Shown: positions 50,923 through 62,051, numbered from the stretch's first letter. The stretch is DNA of 64,000 nt from an uncultured Candidatus Bathyarchaeia archaeon (GCA_964394935.1 CAYMZN010000001.1:55210-119209); one strand, 5' to 3'. The notes: generated from the letters alone by a model not told the origin. Numbers and translations are program-made.

Positions 50923-51576
50923 TTGCCAATGCTAGGAAAGATGCCTGAGAAGAAGCCTTTCGGGAGAGGTGAGCCACCGCCCAACTACCCTATCGACCCT
51001 GAGTGGTACGCCGACCCTCAAAACTACATGTACCCTCTGGACAAACCGATCAGGGCAAAACTCGCTCGCAGATATTTCGACGAGCCCCGCAACAGGGACA
51101 AGTACACTGAGCAGGAACGGCTTTTCATCGATTCCCGTATCGATGAAGCTTTGAACCGTTTCGGCATTACGACCGATGATGCTCAAGCTCGTCTCCCAAC
51201 TAGAACTGTTAGGCGCAAGCCTCCTTCACGGCTGCCGAGAGATGCGCTTGACAAGCTCGGCCTCGACGAACTTCTGCAACGCTTTCTGGGAACTGCCCGG
51301 TATGAACGCGCTAGATCGATTCCCGACAGCCTGGTGTCACTATCCAGCCTAGGCGGAGACATCATCTCCGGAAACGTCAAACAGTACTCAGTTCAGATCG
51401 ACCTCAAGAACAAAGTCGTCACACATGACTGCGACGATTGGAAGAAGAACATGAGATCCAAACTCATGTGCAAACATCTGGGCAAGGCCTTCATAGCGAT
51501 TGGAAATGCAAGGGCAACCCGGATCTTGAGACAAATACTGTCTGAGAAAGATGATTGGACATTCAAGGCGCCGTAG
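50923..51576 (+). CDS. Hypothetical protein with C-terminal SWIM-type Zn finger
   Basis: N-terminal YADP.NY.YPLD...RYF module; HDCDDW...MCKHL. Confidence 0.7.
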   Translation: MPMLGKMPEKKPFGRGEPPPNYPIDPEWYADPQNYMYPLDKPIRAKLARRYFDEPRNRDKYTEQERLFIDSRIDEALNRFGITTDDAQARLPTRTVRRKPPSRLPRDALDKLGLDELLQRFLGTARYERARSIPDSLVSLSSLGGDIISGNVKQYSVQIDLKNKVVTHDCDDWKKNMRSKLMCKHLGKAFIAIGNARATRILRQILSEKDDWTFKAP

Positions 51577-52306
51577 CCACGCGACGGGGCGCCTGCAGAC
51601 AAGTCCGAAGATCAGAGATGAACGACTGTATCGCCGCGTTCAGTTCTTGTGGCTTCTCCAACATGACCGAGTGGCCTGCCTCGGGTATGATGACGAGGCG
51701 AGCGTTTCGGATCCTCTCCTTCATATACTGTGAGTACTTGACTGGCGTCAGCCTATCATCTTCTCCGCAAACTATCAGTGTTGGAAGAGCGATCTGTCCG
51801 ATATCATTCATCCTGTCGAAATGATCACAGGCCTCAAAGTCTCCATATGTGACAGTCGCCGGAACCTCTAGGAGCTCCTGGATGGATGCTCGTCTTAACT
51901 TCGCGTCAGTCTTAGGAGAATATGCCCACTCGGCTATGATTTCCGCAGCATGGGGATATTCATGCATCAGCTTGTCTTTTATGACCGGCGTAACGCGGAG
52001 GCGTGCTCCAGAGCTCACGAGCACAATTCCGGCAAGAAGCTGAGGGTGACCAAGTGCGATCTCGATTGCAATCGCGCCTCCCATGGAGTGGCCAACTAGG
52101 ACCACCGATTGCAGATTTCGTTCCGTGATCCTCCGTATGACAAACTCGGAGTATCCTGAGATGGTGTCCCGCCCCTGTCCATTAGGGTGGCCTGGTAGAT
52201 CCAGTGTCAAGCTCCCTGGGAAAGCGGACGTTTGATACCGCCATACTCTATGTGTTCCGCCTGCGCCGTGAATGAAGACCAAACTGGCTCCTGAATCACC
52301 TGTCAA
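51563..52306 (-). CDS. Alpha/beta hydrolase
   Basis: FIHGAGG, DLPGH, GHSMGG, GEDD, AGH. Confidence 0.92.
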   Translation of the reverse strand: MTGDSGASLVFIHGAGGTHRVWRYQTSAFPGSLTLDLPGHPNGQGRDTISGYSEFVIRRITERNLQSVVLVGHSMGGAIAIEIALGHPQLLAGIVLVSSGARLRVTPVIKDKLMHEYPHAAEIIAEWAYSPKTDAKLRRASIQELLEVPATVTYGDFEACDHFDRMNDIGQIALPTLIVCGEDDRLTPVKYSQYMKERIRNARLVIIPEAGHSVMLEKPQELNAAIQSFISDLRTCLQAPRRVATAP

Positions 52307-52523
52307 GGCTCAAGTCGCCGCTTGAATTCTGTCGCACCAGATATTTTTGAGTGCCTAACAGATCTTGAAATGATGGTGCTTCAGGTATGGCATTACAATG
52401 TTTCGAACAAGCGACGGCCAGTGCTTGCCTGGCAGATTTATCTTCGAGTTCTCTTCTCTGATGTCTCCTCGACTGCATGAACCCTAGCCCGCTGGTTAAC
52501 CACATCGGCGGAGAGTAGTCAGC

Positions 52524-53435
52524 ATGAACCTGCAAGAAAGCGCACGGGCGTACATAGCCTCTAGGCTTCAGGAGGTAGGCACACTCGACAAATTGGCTGA
52601 AGAGATGCCTGGCCCTCGCCGCGGAAACGGATGGGAGTCCTCCAAGATTGATGAGGCCGTGATCAGGGTTATCCCTCAGTCTCTGGACAAACTTGCCAGA
52701 AAAGCAATTAGACCAGGGATTTCTCGAGCGATTGTTGACCTTTTCCGACCAAGGTACGTGACATCAAGGATCGTGGGAGCGCCGACCCTGGTCTATTTTC
52801 CTCTATGGTACGTGAAGGGGTACCATGAATGCTTCTACCTGAGAGACGCAAATTACGAAATTCCAGTGGACAGGGATGTGGTGGCCGTAGAGGTCGACGG
52901 AGAGACCCGTGACTTGATGATCGAAGAGGAGGAGAGCAAGATCGTTCCGGAAGCATTCAGGCGCAGATTGAAACGATTCGCCGGACTCTTCACAGGTCAA
53001 AGGAGATACTTCAACCTCAGTGATGCGATCGAACTGGCCATCAGATATGAACGCGCTGAAATGTATGTCACTTCAGACGGTCGTGAAGGTCAAGTACTAG
53101 AGGAGGCGCTGCCAAAGAACTGGAGAACCCAACGGATATTCGATGTTGCATATCTCAATATTCAAGGGGCGATCACAAAGATCGCTGCGTCAAAGGAGAC
53201 CAAGGAGGGAGTCGTGGAGAAGTTCAGAGGAAAGATCGTGAAGATGCCTGAGAACCCAAAGCAGGTCCTGAGCAACACATTTCAGATTGAGGAACTCACG
53301 CAGTACTACATCCCGTACGTACATATTCCAGTGTTGCGTCGTGAAAGACTTGATCATGTCATAATCAACGCAGCATCCGCTGAAATACCTGATGAGAAGA
53401 CCGCCAGCTATGTGAAGCGCCAACTGGATGTTTAG
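52524..53435 (+). CDS. Hypothetical protein
   Basis: 303-aa ORF with two LVYFPLW/YYIPY-like motifs. Confidence 0.7.
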   Translation: MNLQESARAYIASRLQEVGTLDKLAEEMPGPRRGNGWESSKIDEAVIRVIPQSLDKLARKAIRPGISRAIVDLFRPRYVTSRIVGAPTLVYFPLWYVKGYHECFYLRDANYEIPVDRDVVAVEVDGETRDLMIEEEESKIVPEAFRRRLKRFAGLFTGQRRYFNLSDAIELAIRYERAEMYVTSDGREGQVLEEALPKNWRTQRIFDVAYLNIQGAITKIAASKETKEGVVEKFRGKIVKMPENPKQVLSNTFQIEELTQYYIPYVHIPVLRRERLDHVIINAASAEIPDEKTASYVKRQLDV

Positions 53436-53505
53436 CTCACAAAGCGGTCCAAGCTCATCATAACCTCTTGTGAATAAGCGAAATGGTCTTGCCGGTTCGC
53501 CTTAG

Positions 53506-54147
53506 ATGATGGTGAAGCAGTACTTGGCGGCGGAGATCAAGGCCGCGAAGTTGTTCTCGAATACTTTTACACCATTCAGTCTGGCGGCTATCGTCTCGAT
53601 CGTGTTCTCTTGGTTCTTACCGATTGGAATTGGACCATCTATGAGTCCCTTGTGCTCGGCGTTGATTGTCACGCTGTGTGTGTTGCCATTCGTGCCCGTC
53701 GCCTACAGCGCAAGAAGCGGGAGAACTGATCTGGATGTTTCAGATGTCAGGAAACGCGGGCCACTCTATCTGCCGGGGCTGGCAAGCTACGCCGGTGGGG
53801 CAGCAATCTTCTCAATGCTGAATAACAAGGTCATGTTAGTCATCGCTCTTGCGTACCTCTGCGTTGCCTCACTGACCTTGCTGATCACGCTTGCATGGAA
53901 GATCAGCGCCCACACCGCTGGGATCGCCGGCCCGACTACCGCACTTGTTTTTGTGTTGGGCACCTGGATTCTGCCGCTGTACTTGCTCTCGATTCTCATG
54001 GTTTGGTCCAGAGCCAAACTGTGCGCGCACACGGTCACCCGAGGAGTTGCGGGGTTGGTCGTCACGGTCGCGGTAACGAGTGTAGCATACTTCCCATTCT
54101 ATCTGCAAAAAAGGTTAGTCCTACTACTTTTCCCACACGCTCAATGA
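53506..54147 (+). CDS. PAP2-like membrane protein
   Basis: WKISAH, WSR...AHT motifs, multiple TM segments. Confidence 0.65.
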   Translation: MMVKQYLAAEIKAAKLFSNTFTPFSLAAIVSIVFSWFLPIGIGPSMSPLCSALIVTLCVLPFVPVAYSARSGRTDLDVSDVRKRGPLYLPGLASYAGGAAIFSMLNNKVMLVIALAYLCVASLTLLITLAWKISAHTAGIAGPTTALVFVLGTWILPLYLLSILMVWSRAKLCAHTVTRGVAGLVVTVAVTSVAYFPFYLQKRLVLLLFPHAQ

Positions 54148-54194
54148 ACCTGCTTGTATTCTCGGGAAAAACGCGGGACCCGTGCGAAGAGTGA

Positions 54195-54632
54195 CTAAGT
54201 GATTTGGACGTGGTCGATTTGGAAGTATCTCTTCGCTAGCATACGGGTCTTGTCGATCGTTCTTCCGTTCTTTCCTATTGCCATGGCTTTGTCTTTGGGG
54301 TCTACCTCTATGACTACGATCTTCTTCTCGGGGCGTTCGGTCAGGCGGATCTGCTTGATCTTTGCGGGAGCGAGGGAGTTCTTGATCAGACCCTCCACGC
54401 TGTCAGATGCCTCCACGATCTCGATCGGCTTACCGGTCATCCGACGAAGCGTGTTGATGTTCTTGCCTGCCTTGCCTATCGCTAGTCCCATCTGACCTGA
54501 CTTTGCGACAAATATGATTCGATCGCAGGAAGGGTCGATTAGGCAATCGTTCGCGGTTGCACCCGTGATACTTTCGAATAGGGCGATGTAGCGCATCTCA
54601 TCGCTCCCTAGGCGGATCTTTGCTGCAGACAT
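54195..54632 (-). CDS. nusA: Archaeal NusA (KH domains)
   Basis: MRYIALFESITGA, AIGKAG, AIGKNG. Confidence 0.95.
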   Translation of the reverse strand: MSAAKIRLGSDEMRYIALFESITGATANDCLIDPSCDRIIFVAKSGQMGLAIGKAGKNINTLRRMTGKPIEIVEASDSVEGLIKNSLAPAKIKQIRLTERPEKKIVVIEVDPKDKAMAIGKNGRTIDKTRMLAKRYFQIDHVQIT

Positions 54633-54634
54633 CT

Positions 54635-54934
54635 CTAGGCTTCAACCAACTTCAGGATTTCAGAGTCTCCGGGTTCCTTCACTGTCAGGGCGGCAACTAG
54701 GAATGGCTTTTCGCATGCGGCTGCTAGGTCGACGCTCGTGCCCGAGTAGACATAGACGGGGACCTCCGAGAGCTTCGCGTTGTAGAGTATGCTAGACTTG
54801 TGGGGCTCTGGACAGTTTGAGGCGATGACGATTAGCCGAGCTTTTCCGGTCTTGGCCGCGTCCGTCGCTTCCTTCCAGCCCAACTCAACTTTGCCGGTCT
54901 TGACGACCATACTGATCTGCTTGTTCAGGTCCAT
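54635..54934 (-). CDS. rpl30e: 50S ribosomal protein L30e
   Basis: VKTGKV, IASNCP, CEKPF, PGDSEIL. Confidence 0.95.
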   Translation of the reverse strand: MDLNKQISMVVKTGKVELGWKEATDAAKTGKARLIVIASNCPEPHKSSILYNAKLSEVPVYVYSGTSVDLAAACEKPFLVAALTVKEPGDSEILKLVEA

Positions 54935-57900
54935 TACTTCTCCTTCCCCGACATCGCCATGAAGACCTCGATAAGGCCTGTGCCCATTGGCACCTGCTGC
55001 CCAACGATGACGTTCTCGGCGACGCCGCGGAGTTGATCCTTGGTTCCGCGCACAGCCGCATCGACAATCGTTGGGATGGTGATTTCAAAAGCTGCCTTTG
55101 CCAGGGTGCTCGCCTTCTCGCCGCTGACGCCATGCCTACCCACTTGGAGGACTTCTCCTGACGCGGTCATCGCATCGGCAACAAGCATCACGTGCCTTAT
55201 GTCGACGTCGAGCCCTTGCTCATCGAGTACGCTCTTCGCCTCTTTGATTATCACGTTGCGTGCAGCCTCGATTCCGAGCACGGCCGCTACCTCATGCATG
55301 TTGTTGGAGATCGTTCTGGTTGGGTCAACCCCTGGCGTCGACAAAGCCAGTTCAAGGTTGGATCCCTCTGTTCTGATAATCCACTCACCGTTCTCCTCCA
55401 TTACTAGGGCACGTCTCACTGCTGGGATTCCTTTCACGTGCATCCCGGAGACACGGGATTCGAGGCGTCTGAATTGTGGGATGTCCATGTCATGGGTGGT
55501 GATCTCAATTTCATTCTTGTCAACCTTTGCGTCTGCGTTGTGAATCTGAATCGCTGTCTTGATGTCCCTCATTGTGACGGACTTTTCGCGCATCGCTGCG
55601 GTGTCAAGCTTGACAACGATCCTCATCTTGGTAATGTCCGACTCGATGCTAGACGATATGTCTCCAAGTGTCGTATGCGTCAGTAGGGTGGCGACCTCCT
55701 CCGCCTTCTCCTTGCTGGTTCTGTGTTTCTCGTCCAAGTATACGGTCATTGTTGGCGTCGACGGAACCTTTCTCGCATCCACGATCTCGATCAACCTCGG
55801 AAGGCCAAGGGTGACGTTTTGTTCTCTCACTCCAGCAAAGTGGAATGTTCTTAATGTCATCTGTGTACCAGGCTCACCAATCGACTGAGCCGAAACGATG
55901 CCGGCCGCTTCTCCCGGTTCAATCAGTGACCTACCATAATTCTCGACGGCCTGACGAACAGCCTCATCAACAGCACGGCGTGATAGCTTGGCCTTCAGTA
56001 GGTTTCGCTTCAACTCATCCGCGAGAAGCGGGGTGAGTCTGCCAATGACTTCTCGCATCTTCTGCTCGACATACTTGCTGCTTGCCTTGACGCCTTTTTC
56101 CGCTGCAAGCCTCACGCGTTCGACCAAGCGTTCTGAGTTGACGGCTTTGCCGTGGTCGCTCTTCGCCGTATCTACGCCATCTTCGCCGTACCTGAACTGA
56201 ATGATGTCTCCGCGGGAATCTCGGACTGTTGAGTCGTATTCCACCCTGAGATGCTCAAGGGCATTGATGAGCCTTCTCTGCATGTATCCGCTCTGCTGAG
56301 TTCGAACCGCCGTGTCAACTAGTCCTTCACGTCCTCCCATAGCATGAAAGAAGAACTCGATTGGGCTAAGGCCGTCCCGGTATGAGGAGTAGACGAAGCC
56401 TCTCGCCTCAGGGCCTGCGTCGCCTGGCCGGAAGAAAGAGAGTACGCGGTCCCTGTATCCCCTCCTGATTCTTTGACCGCGAATCGATTGCTGACCCACT
56501 GAGGCTATCATCTGTGCGACGTTCAGTGAGGATCCTCTTGCTCCGGTTCTAGTCATGATCACGCCGCTGTTAGTTTCGTCCAAGTATTCGTCTGCGTACT
56601 CACCTGCGACATCGCGAGCTTTGGACAGCTCATCCATTATGCGGATCTCAAGTGATTCTATGAGTGATTGCCCTGGAAGCCGCTCAAGCGTTCCCTGATT
56701 GTAGCTTTCGATGAGTGCGTAGACGCGCTCCTCAGCCTTGCGGATGACCTTGTCTATCTTCTCCCCGACGCTGGCAGGCACATCGAGCTCTTTGATGGAG
56801 TATGAGAAGCCCTTCATCAATACGAACCGGTCAAGGAGCTTGGCGATGTGATTAAGAAACTCTCGTCCAGTTTCGGATCCCTGATCTTTAACAATTCGGT
56901 GGAAGAGACTCTCGGACCGCTCGGCGCCGATTGAATTCTTGTCGATCGCGCCCTCTTCGAGTTTGCCGTTGCGTATTATCACGTGCTCCTTATCGTCCTT
57001 TGTCACCATGCTCGATCTTGCTGCGAAGCTGAAGCCTCGTGGCAAGAAGAGGCTGAAGATCTGCTTCCCAGTCCACAGCTCGACGGGACGCTTCGTCACT
57101 GGTTCTGGAATGTCGCCCGTGTAGCCGGCAGTTGTCAAGAGCCTGCATACCTCGTCCTTCGTGAGCACGGTCGATTTGCGTGTCAGCAGATATGCGGCAG
57201 TTAGGAGGTCGGTCTTGGCACCGATGATTGGTCCCCCGTAGCGAGGTGAAAGTATCTGATCTTGGACCTGCATCAACAGTCTTGCTTCTGTTCGTGCCTC
57301 CTCACTCTGTGGGACATGAAGGTTCATTTCGTCTCCGTCGAAGTCAGCGTTGTATGGCGGGCACACGCAGGGGTTCAGCCTGAAAGTCTTGTACGGCAAG
57401 ACTCTGACCGTATGAGCCATGATTGACATTCTGTGAAGTGAGGGCTGTCTGTTGAAGAGAACGATGTCACCGTCTCTGATGTGGCGTTCGACAACGAAGC
57501 CGGGCTCTATCGCGTCAGCTAGACTGTCTCGCTCTGTCACGAACTCGAGTCTAACGCGTCTTTGGTCGGGACGCACGATATAGAGAGCGCCCGGGTACTG
57601 GTCCGGGCCGTTTCGGATGAGCCTCCGCATCTCGTCAATGTTCCATTGCGTAACGCGTTCTGGTATTGTCAGTCGTGCGGCAATGTCCACGGGCACCCCA
57701 ACCTCGCTGATGTCGAGGTTGGGGTCAGGGGAGATCACGGTTCTTGCAGAGAAGTCCACCCGCTTACCAGACAGGTTGCCTCTGAATCTGCCTTCCTTTC
57801 CTTTGAGGCGTTGACTAATCGTCCTTAGCGCTCTCCCAGACCGATGCCGGGCGGGGGGCAATCCTGAGACTTCATTGTCGAAATATGTCGTGACGTGGTA

Positions 57901-58716
57901 TTGGAGAAGGTCATGCAGCTCCTGAATGATGTTAACCGGGACTCCGGACTCAAGTGCCTCGCGGAGTTTCTGGTTGATTCGGATAATGTCGACGAGCTTG
58001 TGAGTCAGATCGTCTTCTGATCTGATACCTGACTCGAGCGTGATAGAGGGCCGCACAGTCACAGGCGGCACCGGCAGAACTTGAAGCACCATCCATTCAG
58101 GTCTTGCAGCGGATGGATCCATCCCGAGAATGCGAAGATCGTCATCGGGGATGCGCTCAAGCATCTCCCTAATTGCGCTCGGGGTCAGGCGAGCTCCAGT
58201 CTCGTCTATGAACGTCGTGGGTTTCTGATGCTCGATGGTGTGTTGACGTGTCCCGCAGTGTGGGCATTCTTGAACCTTCTTGGCCCCCTTCATAATGTCC
58301 TCGAAGAACTGTGTGGGTACCTCGTTGAGACGTTTCTTCTCTTCCGCTATCTTGGCATTGTAGTTCTGGATCTTCTCATTTGAGAGAAGGAGTCTGCCGC
58401 AGTTGCGGCAGGTGACGGAAAGGAGCTTGTGTATCAGTTTGGCGAATGCGACGTGAATTACAGGCTCAGCAAGCTCTATGTGTCCGAAATGGCCTGGGCA
58501 ACTTATGGCAGTGTTTCCACACGTCTTGCACTTCTGTCTGGGCTCGAGCGTTCCTAGTCTTCCATCCATGAGACCTGAAACTATGGGGACTCCGTCTTCG
58601 TCATACGTATCCGCTGTCTGCACTTCAACAGCTGAGAGACGCCGTATCTCATTCGGGGAGAGGAGTGAGAACCTGATGCTCTCGATGATCTTGGTTGCTT
58701 CTTCAATCATCGCCAT
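54934..58716 (-). CDS. rpo1: RNA polymerase largest subunit Rpo1, A' and A'' fused
   Basis: CPGHFGHI, LSGKRVDF, YNADFDGDEMN, IGEPGTQMTL in one ORF. Confidence 0.96.
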   Translation of the reverse strand: MAMIEEATKIIESIRFSLLSPNEIRRLSAVEVQTADTYDEDGVPIVSGLMDGRLGTLEPRQKCKTCGNTAISCPGHFGHIELAEPVIHVAFAKLIHKLLSVTCRNCGRLLLSNEKIQNYNAKIAEEKKRLNEVPTQFFEDIMKGAKKVQECPHCGTRQHTIEHQKPTTFIDETGARLTPSAIREMLERIPDDDLRILGMDPSAARPEWMVLQVLPVPPVTVRPSITLESGIRSEDDLTHKLVDIIRINQKLREALESGVPVNIIQELHDLLQYHVTTYFDNEVSGLPPARHRSGRALRTISQRLKGKEGRFRGNLSGKRVDFSARTVISPDPNLDISEVGVPVDIAARLTIPERVTQWNIDEMRRLIRNGPDQYPGALYIVRPDQRRVRLEFVTERDSLADAIEPGFVVERHIRDGDIVLFNRQPSLHRMSIMAHTVRVLPYKTFRLNPCVCPPYNADFDGDEMNLHVPQSEEARTEARLLMQVQDQILSPRYGGPIIGAKTDLLTAAYLLTRKSTVLTKDEVCRLLTTAGYTGDIPEPVTKRPVELWTGKQIFSLFLPRGFSFAARSSMVTKDDKEHVIIRNGKLEEGAIDKNSIGAERSESLFHRIVKDQGSETGREFLNHIAKLLDRFVLMKGFSYSIKELDVPASVGEKIDKVIRKAEERVYALIESYNQGTLERLPGQSLIESLEIRIMDELSKARDVAGEYADEYLDETNSGVIMTRTGARGSSLNVAQMIASVGQQSIRGQRIRRGYRDRVLSFFRPGDAGPEARGFVYSSYRDGLSPIEFFFHAMGGREGLVDTAVRTQQSGYMQRRLINALEHLRVEYDSTVRDSRGDIIQFRYGEDGVDTAKSDHGKAVNSERLVERVRLAAEKGVKASSKYVEQKMREVIGRLTPLLADELKRNLLKAKLSRRAVDEAVRQAVENYGRSLIEPGEAAGIVSAQSIGEPGTQMTLRTFHFAGVREQNVTLGLPRLIEIVDARKVPSTPTMTVYLDEKHRTSKEKAEEVATLLTHTTLGDISSSIESDITKMRIVVKLDTAAMREKSVTMRDIKTAIQIHNADAKVDKNEIEITTHDMDIPQFRRLESRVSGMHVKGIPAVRRALVMEENGEWIIRTEGSNLELALSTPGVDPTRTISNNMHEVAAVLGIEAARNVIIKEAKSVLDEQGLDVDIRHVMLVADAMTASGEVLQVGRHGVSGEKASTLAKAAFEITIPTIVDAAVRGTKDQLRGVAENVIVGQQVPMGTGLIEVFMAMSGKEK

Positions 58717-58717
58717 C

Positions 58718-61700
58718 CTACGCACGCTCCGAAATATTGAGTCTAGAAGCTACGCCGAGCGCCATCAACTCCTGAAGAAGCAGCTTGAAGGCATAGGACA
58801 GTGAAACTGGGGAGATGACTGCTCGTTCGCCGCAGATTCGGCACACGTACTTGTTCTGTTTGATGTCGTGATAGGCGAGTAGGCCGCATATCTCGCAGAC
58901 CATTACAGTGTACTTGTCGGATTCCTCAAGCAGCCTGTCCCTAAGTAGCGCAGACGCCCCGTGTCCGATTAGGCAGTCACGCTCCATTTCGCCGAACCTG
59001 AGTCCTCCACCGCGGGCTCTTCCTTCGGTGGGTTGCCTGGTCAACATCTGCACTTGGCCGCGGGCTCGTGCATGCATCTTGTCCGCGACCATGTGGTGGA
59101 GCTTCTGGTAGTAGACCACGCCCACGTAGACATCGGCGGTGAACTTCTTCCCGTCAATTCCGTTGTAGAACACCTCACTTCCACTGTGAGTGAAACCGAG
59201 CTTGAGCAACGCGTTACGAAGTTGTTCAGGACGCTCGTTACTGAACGGGGTTCCGTCCACCGGCTCTCCTCTGAGCGAGCCAACTTTTCCTGCCAATGAT
59301 TCAACGAATTGTCCGATAGTCATTCGGGACGGAAATGCGTGAGGGTTAATGATGATGTCGGGGACTACGCCGTCTTCCGTGAAAGGCATGTCTTGTTGAG
59401 GAACGAGAAGCCCGATGACTCCCTTCTGACCGTGCCTCGACGCGAACTTGTCTCCCAGTTCAGGAATCCGCATGTCTCTGACTTTCACCTTGACGAGCTT
59501 GCTACCTTCGATCGATTCCGTTACGAAGATCGTGTCAACCACCCCGACCTCTGAAGGGCGCACGCCAACAGATGAATCGCGTTTGGTAGGCCCCTTGACT
59601 TCAAATTCCCGGTACTCCTCTAGGAACCTCGGAGGGCTTGTCCTTCCTACGAGGACTGTGTTGCCGGAAACATCCGCCTCGGCCGAGATGATTCCGTCTT
59701 CCTCGAGGAGTCGATAGTACCTGTCTCCTCTGTATCCCCTGGTTCCTGCTTCAGGAATCTCGAACTTGTCGCGGAGTCCTCCCAGGTATTGTCTGCATTC
59801 AGCCTCGTAGATCCGGAAGAATGTAGATCGCCCCAGTCCACGGTCAACCGACGAGCGGTTGACGACGATGGCGTCTTCCATGTTGTAGCCTTGGAATGAA
59901 AGGACGGCGACGACGCAGTTCTGACCTGCGGGCCTGCCGTCATAGTTTATGGTCTCCATCGGTTTCGTTCTGACGAGGGGCAATTGTGGGTAGTGCAGAA
60001 GATGCGCTCGGGAGTCGACTCGGTTGAAGAAGTTTGTGCAGGACACTCCAAGTGCCTGCTTCGCCATCGCGGACTCGTACGCGTTCCTCGGCGACTGATT
60101 GTGCTCAGAATATGGTATGATTGAGGCGCAAATGCCTAGCATCGTGTAAGCGGCATGCTCCAAATGCGTCGTGTCCTTCGAGATCTTCGAAACGTCGAGC
60201 GCCACTAGTGCGCTCTCCTCCTCGTCCGAGTCTAGGTATTCGATGATCCCCTTCTCGACGAGCTCTTCCCATCTCATCTCGCCTCTCTGAACGGCTTCGA
60301 TCTGCTCGCGCGTCAGCTTGGGCACCCCGTTTTCCACTATGATGAGAGGTCTTCGAACTCTGCCATTGTCACAGTTAACGTAGACACATCCTCGTGCGTT
60401 CTCTTTCTCCGGCGGGAAGTAGGCAGCGTTTACTTCGTAGCTTATCTCGCCTGCTCTACGCATTCGTACGAGTTCGTCGACGAGTTCCTTCGGCGCACTG
60501 GAAATGCCAGCTATTATCCCGTCAACGATGACTTTGGTGCCAGCGGCCACCGTCTTGCTATCTGCTTGCTCAATTGGAACGACGCCCATTCGTCTTAGCT
60601 TGAGGACGAACTCTCTCGAGTCGGTTCCAATTGATAACGTGGAGGATAGCGCTAGATTCTTCACGAGACCACAGTTCGATCCTTCGGGGGTCTCGTTGGG
60701 GCACAGTCTACCCCAGTGGGTCGGATGCAGATCTCGTGCTTCCAAGTTAGGTTGGCTTCTACTCAATGGCGACTGCAGACGCCTAAGGTGACTTAGAGTC
60801 GAGGAGTAATTCGTTCGGTCGAGAAGCTGAGTAACTCCGACTCTCCCTCTAACCCAGTTTCCAGTGGCAACCGCATGTTGAATCCGCTCTGTGATTATCC
60901 CGGGTCTGATTGAGTTGGTGATTGAAAGCTCCTGATGTCGCCTGATCGTGATCCGTTCGAGTTGATACTTCAAGTCGCGAATGAGATTTCGGAATGAGAT
61001 CCTGAAGAGATCGGCCATCAAGGCTCCCGCAAGCTTGAGTCGCTTGTTCGAGTAGTGGTCTTTGTCGTCCGGCGCACGTCTGCCAAGCTTCAGCTCGATG
61101 AGCCTCGTCCCGATCTCTGCGAGGAAGTATGCCTTCTCTTTCCTTTCTGCGGGTGTCCGTCCCATGTGGGGGAGAAAATTACGATCAACTGTGGTCTCTG
61201 CCTTCTTGGCGCGGTAATCTTCCACTTGCCCGGGGGCCAGCCGGTTCCCAATATACAGGAGCGCGTCCTTCGTGGTCAGGATCCCCTGCGCCTTCTCGAA
61301 TGAACCTTCCAGCTGGTTTTGGATCGTCTCCTCCTCAGAAATCAATTCAGCGATCTTCAAGTCTTCTTGGACGCCGAGAGCCTTCGTCAAGACAACCAAG
61401 GGGACCTCGGCAGGAACCCCTGGAACCATTGCATAGATCGCCCCATCAGCCTTCAGGGTGACCTCAGTCCGCGCCCGAAAGCCCAGGGTCGTCGAGAAGA
61501 TCTTCGCCTTGTAGACAGGGTTGACTCCGGTCTTCTCCACGTCGACGAGGATCTTGTTCGGCGCTAGGTCCTCGAGTGCAACCACAACGCGCTCAGCACC
61601 GTTGACGATGAAGTATCCACCCGGATCGATCGGGTCCTCGCCGATACTGGTCATCTCATCGGGGGTCAGCCGAGAAAGCGGGCATATCTTCGATCGAAGC

Positions 61701-62044
61701 ATCACCGGGAAGTCCCCGATGTAGACGATCTCGGTCTGACCTTCGCGCTCGCCGATTACCGGCGTCATCTCAAGATGTAATGGTGCCGCGTAGGTAAGGT
61801 TGCGCACCCGCGCCTCAGTCGGGTATACTGGTCTTTCGGATCCGTCGACCTCTGTCACTCTTGGTGTACCGATCTCAATTTTCCCGAGCTTGATCTTCAA
61901 CGGGTACTCTTCGATCTCTATCGGGATCGAGCCGACCTCATCGATGATGGCTTGCAGCCCTGTATCGATGAACTCGTTGTAGGAGTCGATGTGCTGTCTG
62001 ACGAGACCCTTCTCTCGGAAGAATTCTTTGATCAAACCCCACAT
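58718..62044 (-). CDS. rpo2: RNA polymerase subunit Rpo2 (B), unsplit
   Basis: GYNMEDA, GDKFASRHGQKG, GGLRFGEMERD. Confidence 0.96.
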   Translation of the reverse strand: MWGLIKEFFREKGLVRQHIDSYNEFIDTGLQAIIDEVGSIPIEIEEYPLKIKLGKIEIGTPRVTEVDGSERPVYPTEARVRNLTYAAPLHLEMTPVIGEREGQTEIVYIGDFPVMLRSKICPLSRLTPDEMTSIGEDPIDPGGYFIVNGAERVVVALEDLAPNKILVDVEKTGVNPVYKAKIFSTTLGFRARTEVTLKADGAIYAMVPGVPAEVPLVVLTKALGVQEDLKIAELISEEETIQNQLEGSFEKAQGILTTKDALLYIGNRLAPGQVEDYRAKKAETTVDRNFLPHMGRTPAERKEKAYFLAEIGTRLIELKLGRRAPDDKDHYSNKRLKLAGALMADLFRISFRNLIRDLKYQLERITIRRHQELSITNSIRPGIITERIQHAVATGNWVRGRVGVTQLLDRTNYSSTLSHLRRLQSPLSRSQPNLEARDLHPTHWGRLCPNETPEGSNCGLVKNLALSSTLSIGTDSREFVLKLRRMGVVPIEQADSKTVAAGTKVIVDGIIAGISSAPKELVDELVRMRRAGEISYEVNAAYFPPEKENARGCVYVNCDNGRVRRPLIIVENGVPKLTREQIEAVQRGEMRWEELVEKGIIEYLDSDEEESALVALDVSKISKDTTHLEHAAYTMLGICASIIPYSEHNQSPRNAYESAMAKQALGVSCTNFFNRVDSRAHLLHYPQLPLVRTKPMETINYDGRPAGQNCVVAVLSFQGYNMEDAIVVNRSSVDRGLGRSTFFRIYEAECRQYLGGLRDKFEIPEAGTRGYRGDRYYRLLEEDGIISAEADVSGNTVLVGRTSPPRFLEEYREFEVKGPTKRDSSVGVRPSEVGVVDTIFVTESIEGSKLVKVKVRDMRIPELGDKFASRHGQKGVIGLLVPQQDMPFTEDGVVPDIIINPHAFPSRMTIGQFVESLAGKVGSLRGEPVDGTPFSNERPEQLRNALLKLGFTHSGSEVFYNGIDGKKFTADVYVGVVYYQKLHHMVADKMHARARGQVQMLTRQPTEGRARGGGLRFGEMERDCLIGHGASALLRDRLLEESDKYTVMVCEICGLLAYHDIKQNKYVCRICGERAVISPVSLSYAFKLLLQELMALGVASRLNISERA

Positions 62045-62051
62045 CTGGGGT

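Noticed and set aside
54934..58716. Fused RNA polymerase A'A'' as a novelty
   Set aside because: Already known in several TACK lineages; used only as a taxonomic clue.
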